Source of the DNA: Mustelus asterias
Lineage: Eukaryota
Reading direction: 5' to 3'
Assembly (NCBI RefSeq): GCF_964213995.1
Contig: NW_027591794.1
Location: forward strand, 1-64,000
DNA: 64,000 bases
Shown: one piece after another, positions 1-11,169 of the stretch
How positions within the stretch are numbered: position 1 is the stretch's first letter
Layout: every line of letters begins with the position of its first letter
The notes under the pieces: generated by a model
Told to the model about the DNA's origin: nothing
Database searches by the model: none
The model's input: only the letters and a program-made list of their open reading frames with translations
Made by a program: the position numbers and the translations under genes

Positions 1-60
1 AGTGAATAGTGGAGCAGACTCAATGGGCCCAATGGCCTAATTCTGCTCCAAGATCTTCTC
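1..60 (+). mobile_element. CR1-type LINE 3' tail fragment
   Basis: ggagcagactcaatgggcccaatggcctaattctgctcc matches the CR1 3' hairpin tail seen at 3315-3360 and 18240-18290. Confidence 0.7.
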
Positions 61-94
61 ATCCTTTGGCTCTCTGCTGTGAATAATGACACTT

Positions 95-460
95 TTTTAA
101 AATCAGGCTGTGTAACCGGTTAAAGCTCTTTCCACAGTCAGTTCACTGGAACACTCTGACTCGGGTGTGTGTGTGTCTCGGTGCTTTTCCAGTCACACTG
201 ATGTTTGAAATCTTTCCTCACCGCCAAAACAGAAAAACATTTCTCCTTCCACATTTAAAGGTCGATGATATTCAGGTTCTGATGAATTGAGTGACTCGAT
301 CAGCTCTTGATGTGATGTTTGGTTTCAGTTTCCCATCTGCAATTCATCGCCCTTGTGGACCTTGTAAAAGACATTGACAGAGTCAGTATCATTGTCAGCA
401 CAGGATAGAAAGTCAGAACAGACAATTCTCATTTCCATGGAATATTCTTTTCTCTTTTGT
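95..460 (-). pseudogene. ZNF gene remnant (intron end plus decayed-finger leader only; finger array absent)
   Basis: Reverse complement aligns by eye with the leaders at 32220-32600, 36760-36950, 45190-45450 and 59360-59620. Confidence 0.8.
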
Positions 461-497
461 TTCCCCAATCTTGTGGTCCAATCAAACTTCCATCTCA

Positions 498-910
498 ACT
501 AAACCAGAACTTTGTTTCCAGTGTCTATGAGACACTCTGTACCCTGAGTTGTGGGAGGTATCGAGTGTTGCAGTCGACACTGCACGGTTCTTCTCCAGGA
601 CCACACGAGCATGGACAAGACCACGGAAGAGAGGCCAACAGCCTAGTTACCCCATGCTGATCTACAAATCACTGTTTTAACCAGCCCCAAGAGAGCAGGT
701 CCAGGAAAAGGTCCTCTGACCTCCCAAGCCTCCTCCACATGGGAAGCCAATGATTAGGAGCATGGGGCAGAATAGAAGTGTAACTAAAAGTGGAGAAGCA
801 GCTCCTTCAGGGACTGCAACCTCTCACACTGAATATGTACATGGTTCATGGACTCCTGCAAACATCAGCTGCAGGCTGGGAGCGGGTGAAACTGTTTAGA
901 CACCTGTTGC
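498..910 (-). mobile_element. Tx1/L1-clade LINE ORF2 C-terminal relic
   Basis: Minus-strand pieces ESMNHVHIQCERLQ, MLLIIG, GRSEDLFLDLL, LGLVKTVICRS, PLFRGLVHARVVLEK, ECLIDTGNKVLV* resemble the Tx1 ORF2 C-terminus; stops and frameshifts present. Confidence 0.75.
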
Positions 911-922
911 CCAGTTTGCTGG

Positions 923-1190
923 GAGGCACAGTGACACAGTGGTTAGACCTGGCTTCAGTTCCCGGATTGGGTCACTGTCTGTGTAGAGTTTGCAGATTAT
1001 CCCTGTGTCTGTGTGGCTTTCCTTCAGGTGCTCAGGTTTCCTCCCACAGTCCGAAAGATGTGCTGGTTAGGTGCACTGGCCATGCTAAATTCTCTCTCAG
1101 TGGACCCGAACAGGCGCCGGAGTGTGGCGACGAGGGGATTTTCACAGTAACTTCATTGTCGTGTCAATATAAACCTACTTCTGACACGAA
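923..1190 (+). mobile_element. HE1-like tRNA-derived SINE (variant tail)
   Basis: ggcacagtgacacagtggttag head and ggtttcctcccacagtccgaaagatgtgctggttagg core shared with many copies in the window. Confidence 0.8.
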
Positions 1191-1279
1191 TTGATCTTTC
1201 TCTACAGATTCATTATCCTGTCAATGTAAACCTACTTCTGACACGAAAGATCAATGTTAACTCTAATGTGCTGGAAACT

Positions 1280-1690
1280 AGGACCCGGTGGGAACTGTAA
1301 AATCTCAGCCCCGCCCTCACTATTGCGCAACGAAGACCCTGGCGCATGCGCCTCTCGCTGATCCAAGATAGCGGCCGTTAACCTGGACTTGGGCCTCCGG
1401 GCGGAAAAAGATCCGGAGCTGCAAACACGGAAGCGCAGAGTCTCAATCGGGGTTTGAGGCGTCCACCAGGTGTTTAGAAACTCTCCCTATCCAGAGCCGG
1501 CTCCATCGCTCCCTCAGAGTTTCCGCTGCCTTCCCCGTGGCAAAGAGACAAAAAGAGAGACTCACCCCATCGCCATAACTGACGGTGCGCATGCGCCAAA
1601 TCTGGTAATTCTGCGCCTGCGCGGTGCCCTCCTCAGGTGTCAATAGGGGACATTCACCACCGCGGCGAATGCTGGGTAAACCCTCCGTCA
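1280..1690. promoter_or_regulatory. CpG-island, probably bidirectional promoter (P1)
   Basis: CpG-rich; NRF1-type GCGCATGCGC at ~1342 and ~1587; YY1-like caagatagcggcc; minus-strand donor gtgagt at ~1560-1565; lies between the minus ZNF remnant and plus ZNF-A. Confidence 0.65.
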
Positions 1691-1814
1691 TTGAAAGTCG
1701 TTATTGTTGACTGGTGATCTTTTTGCTGTGATGTGGAGATTGGGAGGAGGGTCGGAAAAGCTGTGCACAGATCCTTCATTCATCAGAAAGAACAGAAGTG
1801 GGAACTGGTGGATA

Positions 1815-2720
1815 ATTTTGATTTATTATTGTCACATGTTATGGTTTACAGTGAAAATTATTATTTCTTGTGCACTGTACAGACAAAGCATTCCATTCAT
1901 AGAGCAGATAGGAGAGAAGGAAAGAAAAGGGTGCAGAATGTAGTGTTACAGTCATATCTAGGGTGTAGCAAAAGATCAACTTAATATAAGGCAGCTCCAT
2001 TCAAAATTCTGATGGCAGTAGGGATTAAGCTGTTTTTGAGTCAGTTGGTACCTGATCTCAGACTTTTGTATCCTTTTTCCCAATGGAAGAAGGTGGAAGA
2101 GAGTATGTCTGGAAACATAGAAACATAGAAACCCTACAGTGCAGAAGGAGGCCATTCGGCCCATCGAGTCTGCACCGACCACAATCCCACCCAGGCCCTA
2201 CCCCCACATATTTTACCCGCTAATCCCTCTAACCTACGCATCCCAGGACTCGAAGGGACAATTTTTAACCTGGCCAATCAACCTAACCCGCACATTTGGA
2301 GTGTGTGGGGTTCTTATTTGATTTGATTTATTATTGTCACATATATTAGTGGACAGTGAAAAACATTATTCCTTGTGCACTATACAGACAAAGCATACTG
2401 TACATAGGGAAGGAAAGGAGAGAGTGCAGAATGTAGTATTACAGTCACAGTTGGGCTGTAGAGGAAGATCAAATTAATAAGAAGTAGGTCTATTCAAAAG
2501 TCTGATGGCAGCAGGGAAGAAGGTGTTCTTGAATCGGTTGGTACATGATCTCAGACTTTTGTACCTTTTTCTTGCCAGAAGAAGGTTGAAGAGAGTACGT
2601 CCGGGGTGTGTGACATTCTCGATTACGTTGGCTGCTTTTCCGAGGCAGCGGGAAGTGTAGATGGAGACAATGGATGGGAGGCTAGTTTGTGTAATGGACT
2701 GGGCAAATTCCCCAAAGTTT
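1815..2720 (-). mobile_element. Two Rex1/Babar-like LINE 3' ends, with a nested HE1 SINE fragment (2113-2298, minus)
   Basis: ORF 2474-2737 HPGRTLFNLLLARKRYKSLRSCTNRFKNTFFPAAIRLLN; tail aataataaatcaaat on the minus strand. Confidence 0.8.
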
Positions 2721-2869
2721 TCCACAAACAACAGCAAAATCCAACCACTTCAGTCAAATATAAACTCAGAAGCTGGTGTGACTGAGTGAAGTATTTATTT
2801 GAGTAACTGTCAGGATTGTTTTCTCATGGATATTCCAAGTCATTTTCAAAATTGTTCAATTGATTCTAG

Positions 2870-3122
2870 TCGTTGGCTAGACTAGCATTTATTGCCCATC
2901 CTTAATTGCCCTTGAAAAGGTGGTGGTGAGCTGCCTTCTTGAATCGCTGCAGTCTATGTGGCGTAGGTACATCCACAGTGTTATTAGGGAGGGAATTCCA
3001 GGATTTTGATCCAATGACAGTGAAGGAACAGTGACATATTTCCAAATCAAGATGCTGAGTGGTTTGGAAGGGGACTTCCAGGTGATGGCTTTCCCATCTG
3101 TCCACTGTCCTTGTCCTCCTGG
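2870..3122 (-). mobile_element. LINE (CR1/L2-superfamily) 3' end
   Basis: SFTVIGSKSWNSLP...LQRFKKAAHHHLFKGN*; further pieces at 26253-26330 and 56455-56730. Confidence 0.7.
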
Positions 3123-3164
3123 ATTGCAGCGGTCATTGGTTTTGTTTCCTTGTTTTCCTTTCAT

Positions 3165-3380
3165 CTGTGGAATTTGCTACCCAAAGTGCGGTGGATGCTG
3201 GGCAGTGAGTAATTTAAGGAGGAGTTGGACAGATTTTTAATTGGTTATGGGTTGAAAGGTTATGGGAGAAGGCAGGAAAATGGGGATGAGAAGCATATCA
3301 GCCATGATTGAATGGCGGAGCGGACTCAAGGGGCCGAATGGCCTAATTCTGCTCCTATATCTTGTGAACGTATGAACTTG
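3165..3380 (+). mobile_element. CR1 LINE 3' end
   Basis: WNLLP...FKEELDRFL-like coding end and gggccgaatggcctaattctgctcc tail. Confidence 0.8.
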
Positions 3381-3504
3381 CAGGTTTCATACAGATTTGC
3401 AAATAAACAAAAAATTCTTTGAAAGTGGACATTACTGACAAGACCCAGGTATCTGTAATGAATTACTATAATTACTGTAATGAATTTTATTACTATAAAA
3501 TGTC

Positions 3505-4181
3505 ACACTATTTGTAACTCCCACAGTTGCGTGGACCTGCAGAGTTTCACTGGCTGTCTTAGAAACCCTACAGTGCGGAAGGAGGCCATTCGGCCCATCG
3601 AGTCTGCACCGACCACAATCCCACCCACATATTTACTTGCTAATCCCTCTAACCTACGCATCTCAGGACTCTAAGGGGCAATTTTTAACCTGGCCAATCA
3701 ACCTAACCCGCACATCTTTGGACTGTGGGAGGAAACCGGAGTACCCGGAGGAAACCCACGCAGACACGAGGAGAATGTGCAAACTCCACACAGACAGTGA
3801 CCCGAGCCGGGAATCGAACCCAGGACCCTGGAGCTGTGAAGCAGCAGTGCTAACCACTGTGCTACCGTGCCGCCCTATTGTCTGGAGACAATACACATCT
3901 TTTTAGCCTGTCTTGATGCTCTCTCCACTCACATTGTTTCGTCTCTTAAAGACTTGATTAGTTGTAAGTATTTGCATTCCAACCATTATTCATGTAAATT
4001 GAGTCTGTGTCTTTATAAGCTCTGTTTGTGAACAGAATTCCCACTCACCTGAAGAAGGGGCTAAGAGCTCCGAAAGCTTGTGTGGCTTTTGCTACCAAAT
4101 AAACCTGTTGGACTTTAACCTGGTGTTGTTAAACTTCTTACTGTGTTTACCCCAGTCCAACGTCGGCATCTCCACATCATG
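3505..4181 (+). mobile_element. Penelope-like pseudo-LTR with nested HE1 SINE (3560-3875, minus) and hammerhead-like motif (~4045-4083)
   Basis: aaataaacctgttggactttaacctggtgttg...ctccacatc end shared with other copies; CTGAAGA-aggggc-taaga-gctcc-GAAA core. Confidence 0.8.
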
Positions 4182-4847
4182 AATTACTATCACAGACTAT
4201 GACTATCATATGTTACCAATCACCAATTGTCCTTTGTGATGGTGATAGTTGGCCTTCTTCTTGAACCTCTGCAGTCCGTAGGTGCTCCCACAATGCAAGA
4301 GTATTAGAATTTTAACCCAGTCACGTTGAAGGGACAGTGATATTTGTCCAAGTCAGGGAGTTGTGAGGTTTTCCCATGTCGCAGCTGCTCTGGTACTTCC
4401 AGGTGGGGAAGATTGTGGGTTTAGGAGATTCTGCCAAAATCCTGGTTGAGTTGCTGATGTATAAAATCTCTCTCCGTCACCCTCCTCCCGACCTCTCCCT
4501 CTTCACGCATAAAGGCTGGATTCTTGTTGTTGGCTCTGAAGAGGTGGAGGGTTCCTTTCCCTCAGTGCATTGGTAAACAGTTTGAGGCTTTGTCACAATC
4601 CAGCAGCTTTCATATCCACTATTTCCTAGTCCCAATCCCACAATTTACCAGATTAGATCAACTCAGTTTCACATTTTGTCTTTGTATATTTATGGCTTGT
4701 CTCTCATGTTTCCCACTTTCTGTTTTCAATTCATTTTTCAGGGGATTAGAAGGTGAGGAATTACAGAAAATTGTAAATCAAGGATCACATCAAGATCAGA
4801 CAGGGAGCTTTGATTCATCAGGATCTGAACATCATCGGCCTTTGAAC

Positions 4848-6137
4848 ATGGAAGAAAAATGCACCGTTCACAGAGAGGAGACACTGTACATGTGTTCTGT
4901 ATGTGGACAAGGCTTCAATCGATCATCTGGCCTGTCGAGACACAAGCGCAGTCACACCAGGGAGAGACCGTATAAATGTGGAGACTGTGGGAAAGGATTC
5001 AATTATCCAGTTGACCTGCAAAATCACCAACGCACTCACACTGGAGAGAGACCTTTTAGCTGCCCTGTGTGTGGGAAGGGATTCACTCAGACAGCTGGCC
5101 TGTTGATTCACCAGCGCATTCACAGCAGGGAGAGGCAGTTCACCTGCTCCGAATGTGGAAAAGGATTTACTCAGTCATCGGCCCTGCTGATACATCGGCA
5201 CATTCACACAGGGGAGAGGCCTTTCACCTGCTCTGAGTGTGGGAAGGGATTCACAGATTTCTCTGCCCTGCAGAGACACCAGCGAGTTCACACCGTCAGG
5301 AGAGAGTTTTAATGCACTGAGTGTGGAAAGAGTTTTAAAACTCCACGCACACTGCGGGAGCACCAGTACATTCACACCGGTTCCACACCGTTCAGCTGCT
5401 CCCACTGCCAGAAGGGGTTCAGGACATCATTCCACCTTGTGGCACATGAGCGCATTCACACTGGAGAGAGGCCATTCACCTGCTCTGAATGTGGGAAGGG
5501 ATTTAACCGATCATCCAACCTGCAGAAACACCAACGAGTTCACAGTGAAGAGAGACCGTTTAAATGTCCAGAGTGCGGGAAGGACTATAAAAGTTCTGAG
5601 GAACTACGTCACCATCAACGTGTTCACTCTGACGAGAGACCATTCACATGCTCTCACTGCGGGACTGGCTTCAGGCGATCAGGCGACCTCACTGTACACC
5701 AGCGAATTCACACTGGGGAGAGGCCGTTCACCTGCCCTGTGTGTGGGAAGGGATTCACTTGTTTATCCTCTCTCACTTCACACCAACTTGTTCACACAAA
5801 TGAGAGACCGTTCAAATGTTCTGACTGTGAGAAGAGCTTTAAAAGCAGAAAACTTCTGCTCGCACACCAGCGAAATCACTCTGAGGACAAACCGTTCACC
5901 TGCACTGAGTGTGGGAAAGGATTCACCCGGTCATCCACTCTGCTGAGACACCAACAAGTTCACAGTGAGGAGAAGCCGTTCACTTGTTCAATGTGTGGAA
6001 AGGGATTCACCCAGTCACACAACCTGGTGAGACACCAACAAGTTCACAGTGAGGAGAAGCCGTTCACTTGTTCAATGTGTGGAAAGGGATTCACCCAGTC
6101 ATACAACCTGGTGAGACACCAGCGAGTTCACCAGTGA
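4848..6137 (+). CDS. ZNF-A: C2H2 zinc-finger gene, 15 fingers, interrupted by one in-frame TAA (5310-5312) after finger 5
   Basis: Acceptor ttttttcag at 4741; ATG 4848 (MEEK); ORFs 4524-5312 and 5439-6137 are in the same frame and the gap translates [21 protein letters not shown]; AATAAA at ~6284 and ~6356. Confidence 0.88.
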
Positions 6138-6380
6138 TCACAGGGGTGTGATTCTGCTGTTATTGCTGCTGTTAATTGCATCCCAACTAAATTACGTTTA
6201 TACTGATAGTTGGAGTTTTTCTGATGTAAATCGGCCCTGTTGGACTTTTAGAATGCCCCACAGCATCTCTCATTCATGTGTCAATAAATCTTCACACCTG
6301 CAGACCTTGTTTTAAATTTAAATCACTCAGAAACTGTATTGAACTAAAGATGAACAATAAACAGATCACAGTCCAATCCA

Positions 6381-6421
6381 CCCCTGTGTGAATGTGCCGA
6401 TGTATCAGCAGGCCGATGACT
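6381..6421 (-). repeat. 41-nt inverted copy of ZNF-A 5173-5214
   Basis: cccctgtgtgaatgtgccgatgtatcagcaggccgatgact is the reverse complement of 5173-5214 except for one missing G. Confidence 0.9.
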
Positions 6422-6625
6422 AAAGTCTGTTTTGTAACTTCAGGATAAGGATTTGAAAGCTCTGAATGTTGGTTCTCTCATATGTCGGCTGGAGCTATTT
6501 GATAGGCAGGATGTTAATAGCTGTAAACTTGTCAGATGTCGAAAGAATTACGATTGGAGTAAACTCACCCATTTATAACCTCAGTCTCTGGTCCCTATTG
6601 TAATGAACAAGTAACACAGTGGAAC

Positions 6626-6916
6626 AGCGGGATAAATATGTGGGGCTATGGGGATAGGGCCTGGGTAAGATGCTCTGTTGGAGAGTCGGTGCAGATTTGA
6701 TGGGCCCTGTACCCTTGTGCATTTACCCTGCTAACCCCCCCTAACCTACACATCTTTGGATGCTAACGGATAATTTAACATGGCCAATCCACCTAATCTG
6801 CACATCTTTGGAATGTAGGAGGAAACGGAAGCACCCAGAGGAAACTCAGACACAGGGAGAACGTACACAGAAACCCACTGCTGTCAGGCAGCAGTGCTAA
6901 CCACTGTTCCACCATG
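6626..6916. mobile_element. Two tail-to-tail HE1 SINE fragments
   Basis: Plus 3' part at 6626-6707 and minus copy at 6712-6916. Confidence 0.7.
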
Positions 6917-7554
6917 CAGCCCTTCATCTGCTGCTGAATCCCACATCCACACATTACTGCCAGACTTGACAATTTCAACACATTCCTGACTGGTCTCCCA
7001 CATTCTGTAATTTTGAGATAATCCAAAATGTCCCCATGTCTTGCAGACGCTTCCTCCATCTTCACAACCCCCTCTTCTAATTCTGGACCTCTGTGCAGCC
7101 CCTTTGCAATTCCTGCAGCATTGCTGGCCTGCGGACTAATGTATGGTTCAATTCCCATTCCAGCTGAGGTCAGTGTCGGAGCTGTCTCCTCACCCTGCCC
7201 AAGAGTGGATGGTAACGGCAGCCTGCTACTGACACAAACTGCCAGGAAAACAGCTCTGGATGACACATCAGCAGACATTTGGGGTTCCAAATGCTTGAAA
7301 ACTGTTAACCTGTGTGAAATTGATGTGTATTACAGCCTAATTTAAATATAGGATGAGTGTCATTGCTTATTTAGTCACTGCTATAAACAGCGGAATTTTC
7401 ACTTTGTAAACCTCAGCTTGAAGGAATAAAGTGAATAAATTGGGATATTAACTTTTACCATTATCCATCTGAAGCCAATGGACTCCTTTTTCCCCGTCCT
7501 GATGTGACACTGAATCTTCTTCGGTTTGAAGAAGAAACTTAACCTTAGAGCACT

Positions 7555-8040
7555 GGGTGGTACAGTGACACAGTGGTTAGCACTGCTGCCTCACAGTGCC
7601 AGGGATTTGGATTTGATTCCCAGCTTGGGTCACTGTGTGGAGTTTGCACATTTTCCCCATAGAAATCATAGAAACCCGACAGTGCAGAAGGAGGCCATTC
7701 GGCCCATCGAGTCTGCACCGACCACAATCCCACCCAGGCCCTACCCCCACATATTTTACCCACTAATCCCTCTAACCTACACATTTTAGGATTCTAAGGG
7801 GCAATTTTTAACCTGGCCAATCAACCTAACCCACACATCTTTGGACATGTCTGTGTGGACTTCCTCCGGGTGCTCCGGTTTCCTCCCACAGTCCAAAAGA
7901 TGTGCTGGTTAGGGTGCATTGGCCAAGCTGAATTCTCCCTCAGTGTACCCGAACAGGTGCCGGAGTGTGGCGACTCGGGGATTTTCACAGTAACTTCATT
8001 ACAGTGTGAATGTAAACCTTATTGTGACTCATAAATAAAC
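7555..8040 (+). mobile_element. HE1-like SINE with nested minus-strand HE1 (7658-7846)
   Basis: tRNA-like head ggtacagtgacacagtggttagcactgctgcc; core resumes at ~7847. Confidence 0.8.
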
Positions 8041-8427
8041 GTTACTACTGGCCTCAGTACCCGAGACCTGGCAGGATGGCAAGAATGGCCTGGGGCTCCA
8101 GTGAGGTGTACTGGAGGCGCCGCAGTGGGCAAGAGGTGACACCGGGAGGGGGAGGAGCAGCAGCTGGGAGGCCTACAGCGACCTCTGGTGGACAGGAGGG
8201 GATGATGTGGAGATGCCAGCGTTGGACTGGGGTGAACACGGTAAGAGGTCTTACAACACCAGGTTAAAGTCCAACAGGTTTATTTGGTAGCAAATACCAT
8301 TATGGTTAGGTGCATTGGCCATGCTGAATTCTCCCTCAGTGTACCCGAACAGGTGTACCCGACTCAGGAGAAACCTGACAGTTTAAAAGTGATGTGGAGA
8401 TGCCGGCGTTGGACTGGGGTGAACACA

Positions 8428-8523
8428 GTAAGAAGTCTCACAACACCAGGTTAAAGTCCAACAGGTTTATTTGGTACCAAATAAACCTGTTGGACTTTAA
8501 CCTGGTGTTGTGAGACTTCTTAC
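8428..8523. repeat. Perfect 96-bp palindrome of Penelope terminal sequence
   Basis: Two 48-nt arms centred on ttggt|accaa (8475/8476). Confidence 0.9.
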
Positions 8524-8790
8524 AAGAGGGGAAACAGCAGCAGTGCAGTCTGCGCAAAAGCTTCCCCAGTTCAGCTGATCAGAGAGACTGGGAACCTCTT
8601 CAAATGTAAACTTCAGCTTCTCACATTCACCCCCATTCATCCCTCTCTCCCTCCATCCATCTCACTCTCCCTCCCTTCTCCATCCCTCCCTCTCACCATC
8701 CATCCCTTTCTATCTCCTCCCATCCCTGTAAGTTTCAGGGCAATCCTCCATATTTTAAAAGGACTCAGGAGAAACCTGACAGTTTAAAAG

Positions 8791-9366
8791 TGATGTGGAG
8801 ATGCCAGCATTGGACTGGGGTGAACACAGTAAGAAGTCTCACAACATCAGGTTCAAGTCCAACAGGTTTATTTGGTAGCAAATACCATAAGCTTTCGGAG
8901 CGCTGCTCCTTCGTCAGATGGAATGGAAATGTGCTCTCAAACAGTGCACAGAGACACAAAAATCAAGTTACAGAATACTGATTAGAATGCAAATCCCTAC
9001 AACCAGCCAGGTCTTAAAGGTACAGACAATGTGGGTGGAGGGAGCATTAAACACAGGTTAAAGAGATGTGTATTGTCTCCAGACAGAACACCTAATGAGA
9101 TTCTGCAAGTCCAGGGGGCAAGCTGTGGGGGTTACTGATAATGTGACATAAATCCAACATCCCGGTTTAGGCCGTCCTCATGTGTGCGGAACTTGGCTAT
9201 CAGTTTCTGCTCAGCGACTCTGCGCTGTCGTGTGTCGTGAAGGCCGAGAACGCTTACCTGAAGATCCAAGGCTGAATGCCCGTGACTGCTGAAGTGCTCC
9301 CCAACAGGAAGAGAACAGTCTTGCCTAGTGATTGTCGAGCGGTGTTCATTCATCCGTTGTCGTAGC
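8791..9366 (-). mobile_element. Penelope-like element 3' part (GIY-YIG C-terminus, pseudo-LTR, hammerhead-like motif ~8885-8921)
   Basis: LRQRMNEHRSTITRQDCSLPVGEHFSSHGH...EQKLIAKFRTHEDGLNRD; minus-strand ccatCTGACGAaggagcagcgctccGAAAgcttatgg. Confidence 0.88.
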
Positions 9367-9760
9367 AGTTTAAAAGTGGCCAACTCTGGCTGCTGGCTGA
9401 TAAAAACCTCCCAGAAGGCTCGGCAGGACAAACATAACCTGTCGGTGGGCTGTGCGAAGAGAAAAAAAGGTGTGAGCCCCCTGAATATGCAAGTGGCCAA
9501 AAAGGCAGACACACCAGTGATCGAATCATCAGAAGGACAAAGGACAGTAAACAGACCAGCAGGGAGTCTATGGCCACAGAAATCGGCCCATCCACAGAAG
9601 ACATTGAAATAACGACCCACGGGGGGTCAAGGCAGTTCCAGCCTTTTGTGTGTGGACTTGACTAAATTAAACTGAAACTGCCGGTGATCGAAAGCCCCAT
9701 TGTCCTTGAAAATCACCTACGGGGGCAGGGAAGGTGTTTTTGTTAAATTGAGCTGAGAGT

Positions 9761-10247
9761 CAAACAAGCAGAACCAAGCTCTCTTCCAGAATCGCAAGCA
9801 ATGACACAGACAAGCAGGACCAAGCTCCCTTCCAGAATCGCAAGCAGTGACACAGACAAGCAGGACCAAGCTCTCTTCCAGAATCGCAAGCAGGGACACA
9901 GACAAGCAGGACCAAGCTCTCTTCCAGAATCGCAAGCAGGGACACAGACAAGCAGAACCAAGCTCTCTTCCAGAATCGCAAGCAGGGACACAGACAAGCA
10001 GGACCAAGCTCTCTTCCAGAATCGCAAGCAGGGACACAGACAAGCAGGACCAAGCTCTCTTCCAGAATCGCAAGCAGTGACACAGACAAGCAGGACCAAG
10101 CTCTCTTCCAGAATCGCAAGCAGGGACACAGACAAGCAGGACCAAGCTCTCTTCCAGAATCACAAGCAGTGACACAGACAAGCAGGACCAAGCTCTCTTC
10201 CAGAATCGCAAGCAGTGACACAGACAAGCAGAACCAAGCTCTCTTCA
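9761..10247. repeat. 46-bp minisatellite, about 10.5 copies
   Basis: Unit gacacagacaagcaggaccaagctctcttccagaatcgcaagcag(g/t). Confidence 0.95.
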
Positions 10248-11169
10248 GTTTCGACCCTGCACTAAGACATTTGAGCCGACCACAAAGGAACCCCTTTTAG
10301 AATTGTGAGTATCCCAGCCAACCTTGCGAAGCTCCCGAGGATAGGATAGAGGTTGAGGCAAGGGATGGGGTGGTGTATTGTAATTTTAAAGTTCAGTAAT
10401 ACGTTGTACCCATTAGCATTTCTCCCATAGTGTAGTATAAAGTATAAGTTTTATTCATGTGTGGTGGGGTATTGAAGAGGTTGATTTTATTGTTAAATAA
10501 ATCACTGTAAGTTTTGAAACTCATTTGGAGTTTGTCTTGCCTCTTGTTCTCTCATCAGTGCACTCTGACGAGGTCACAGTTTCAATATCCCTTACCATAA
10601 ATCCGGAGTCTAGAACCGAGGGTGATCTGAGTGATTCGAACCCGCTCACTCAAGGGAGACTGCTGGTCAGGAGATAAAGAACAGAGTCTCTCTGTTCTCT
10701 CTCTTGGAGACCTACTCGAGTGGAGTGGGTGCAGGGTGGCCATTGTCCCACTGACAAGGGAGAGAATCACTCAGGCCTTGGTGGTGGTTTTGGGATGGCT
10801 GTGTGATATAAGTATGAGGTTACCGGTCAGGTATAAACGGTGAGCCTGGTTCAGCGCTCTCTCCTGCGGAGTTGCCCCAGTGCAGCATTCCCCAGCCTTT
10901 GAAATTTCAAGGCCTGTAAGGGAGAGACACTCGCAGCTATCGGCAGACCCTCAAACATCGGCCTGTAAGTGGAGTAACAAGGAAGATCCCGCTACATCCC
11001 TCCCTCCAATAAGAACCATTCACTGAGCACAGCAGTTTCAGCCTCATTCCCACAGTCTGTATTCCAGCCTTTATCACATCCACTCTGCTCCCAGATACTT
11101 TACACCATTCGATATTACAATTCAAACGTTATAATCTCTACAATTTACTATTTGTGCAAGGAGATGAGG

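Larger units (their letters stand above)
8041..10979 (+). mobile_element. Probable long solo-LTR-like element carrying nested Penelope/HE1 pieces and a minisatellite
   Basis: Begins gttac and ends gtaaca; AATAAA ~10496; duplication cagtttaaaagtg either side of the Penelope insert (~8780 and ~9366); no coding domain recognised. Confidence 0.35.

Noticed and set aside
1150-1255. Short duplication with a small inversion at a SINE tail
   Set aside because: Ordinary local slippage or repair product
4524-4741. N-terminal extensions of the ZNF-A and ZNF-F ORFs as effector domains
   Set aside because: They run through polypyrimidine tracts and splice acceptors (4741, 52555), so they are intronic; no KRAB, SCAN or BTB motif
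9717-10227. Repetitive ORFs on both strands; CRISPR-like appearance
   Set aside because: Head-to-tail 46-bp minisatellite without unique spacers, in eukaryotic DNA
10561-10590. ctgacgag resembling a hammerhead core
   Set aside because: No stem II followed by GAAA
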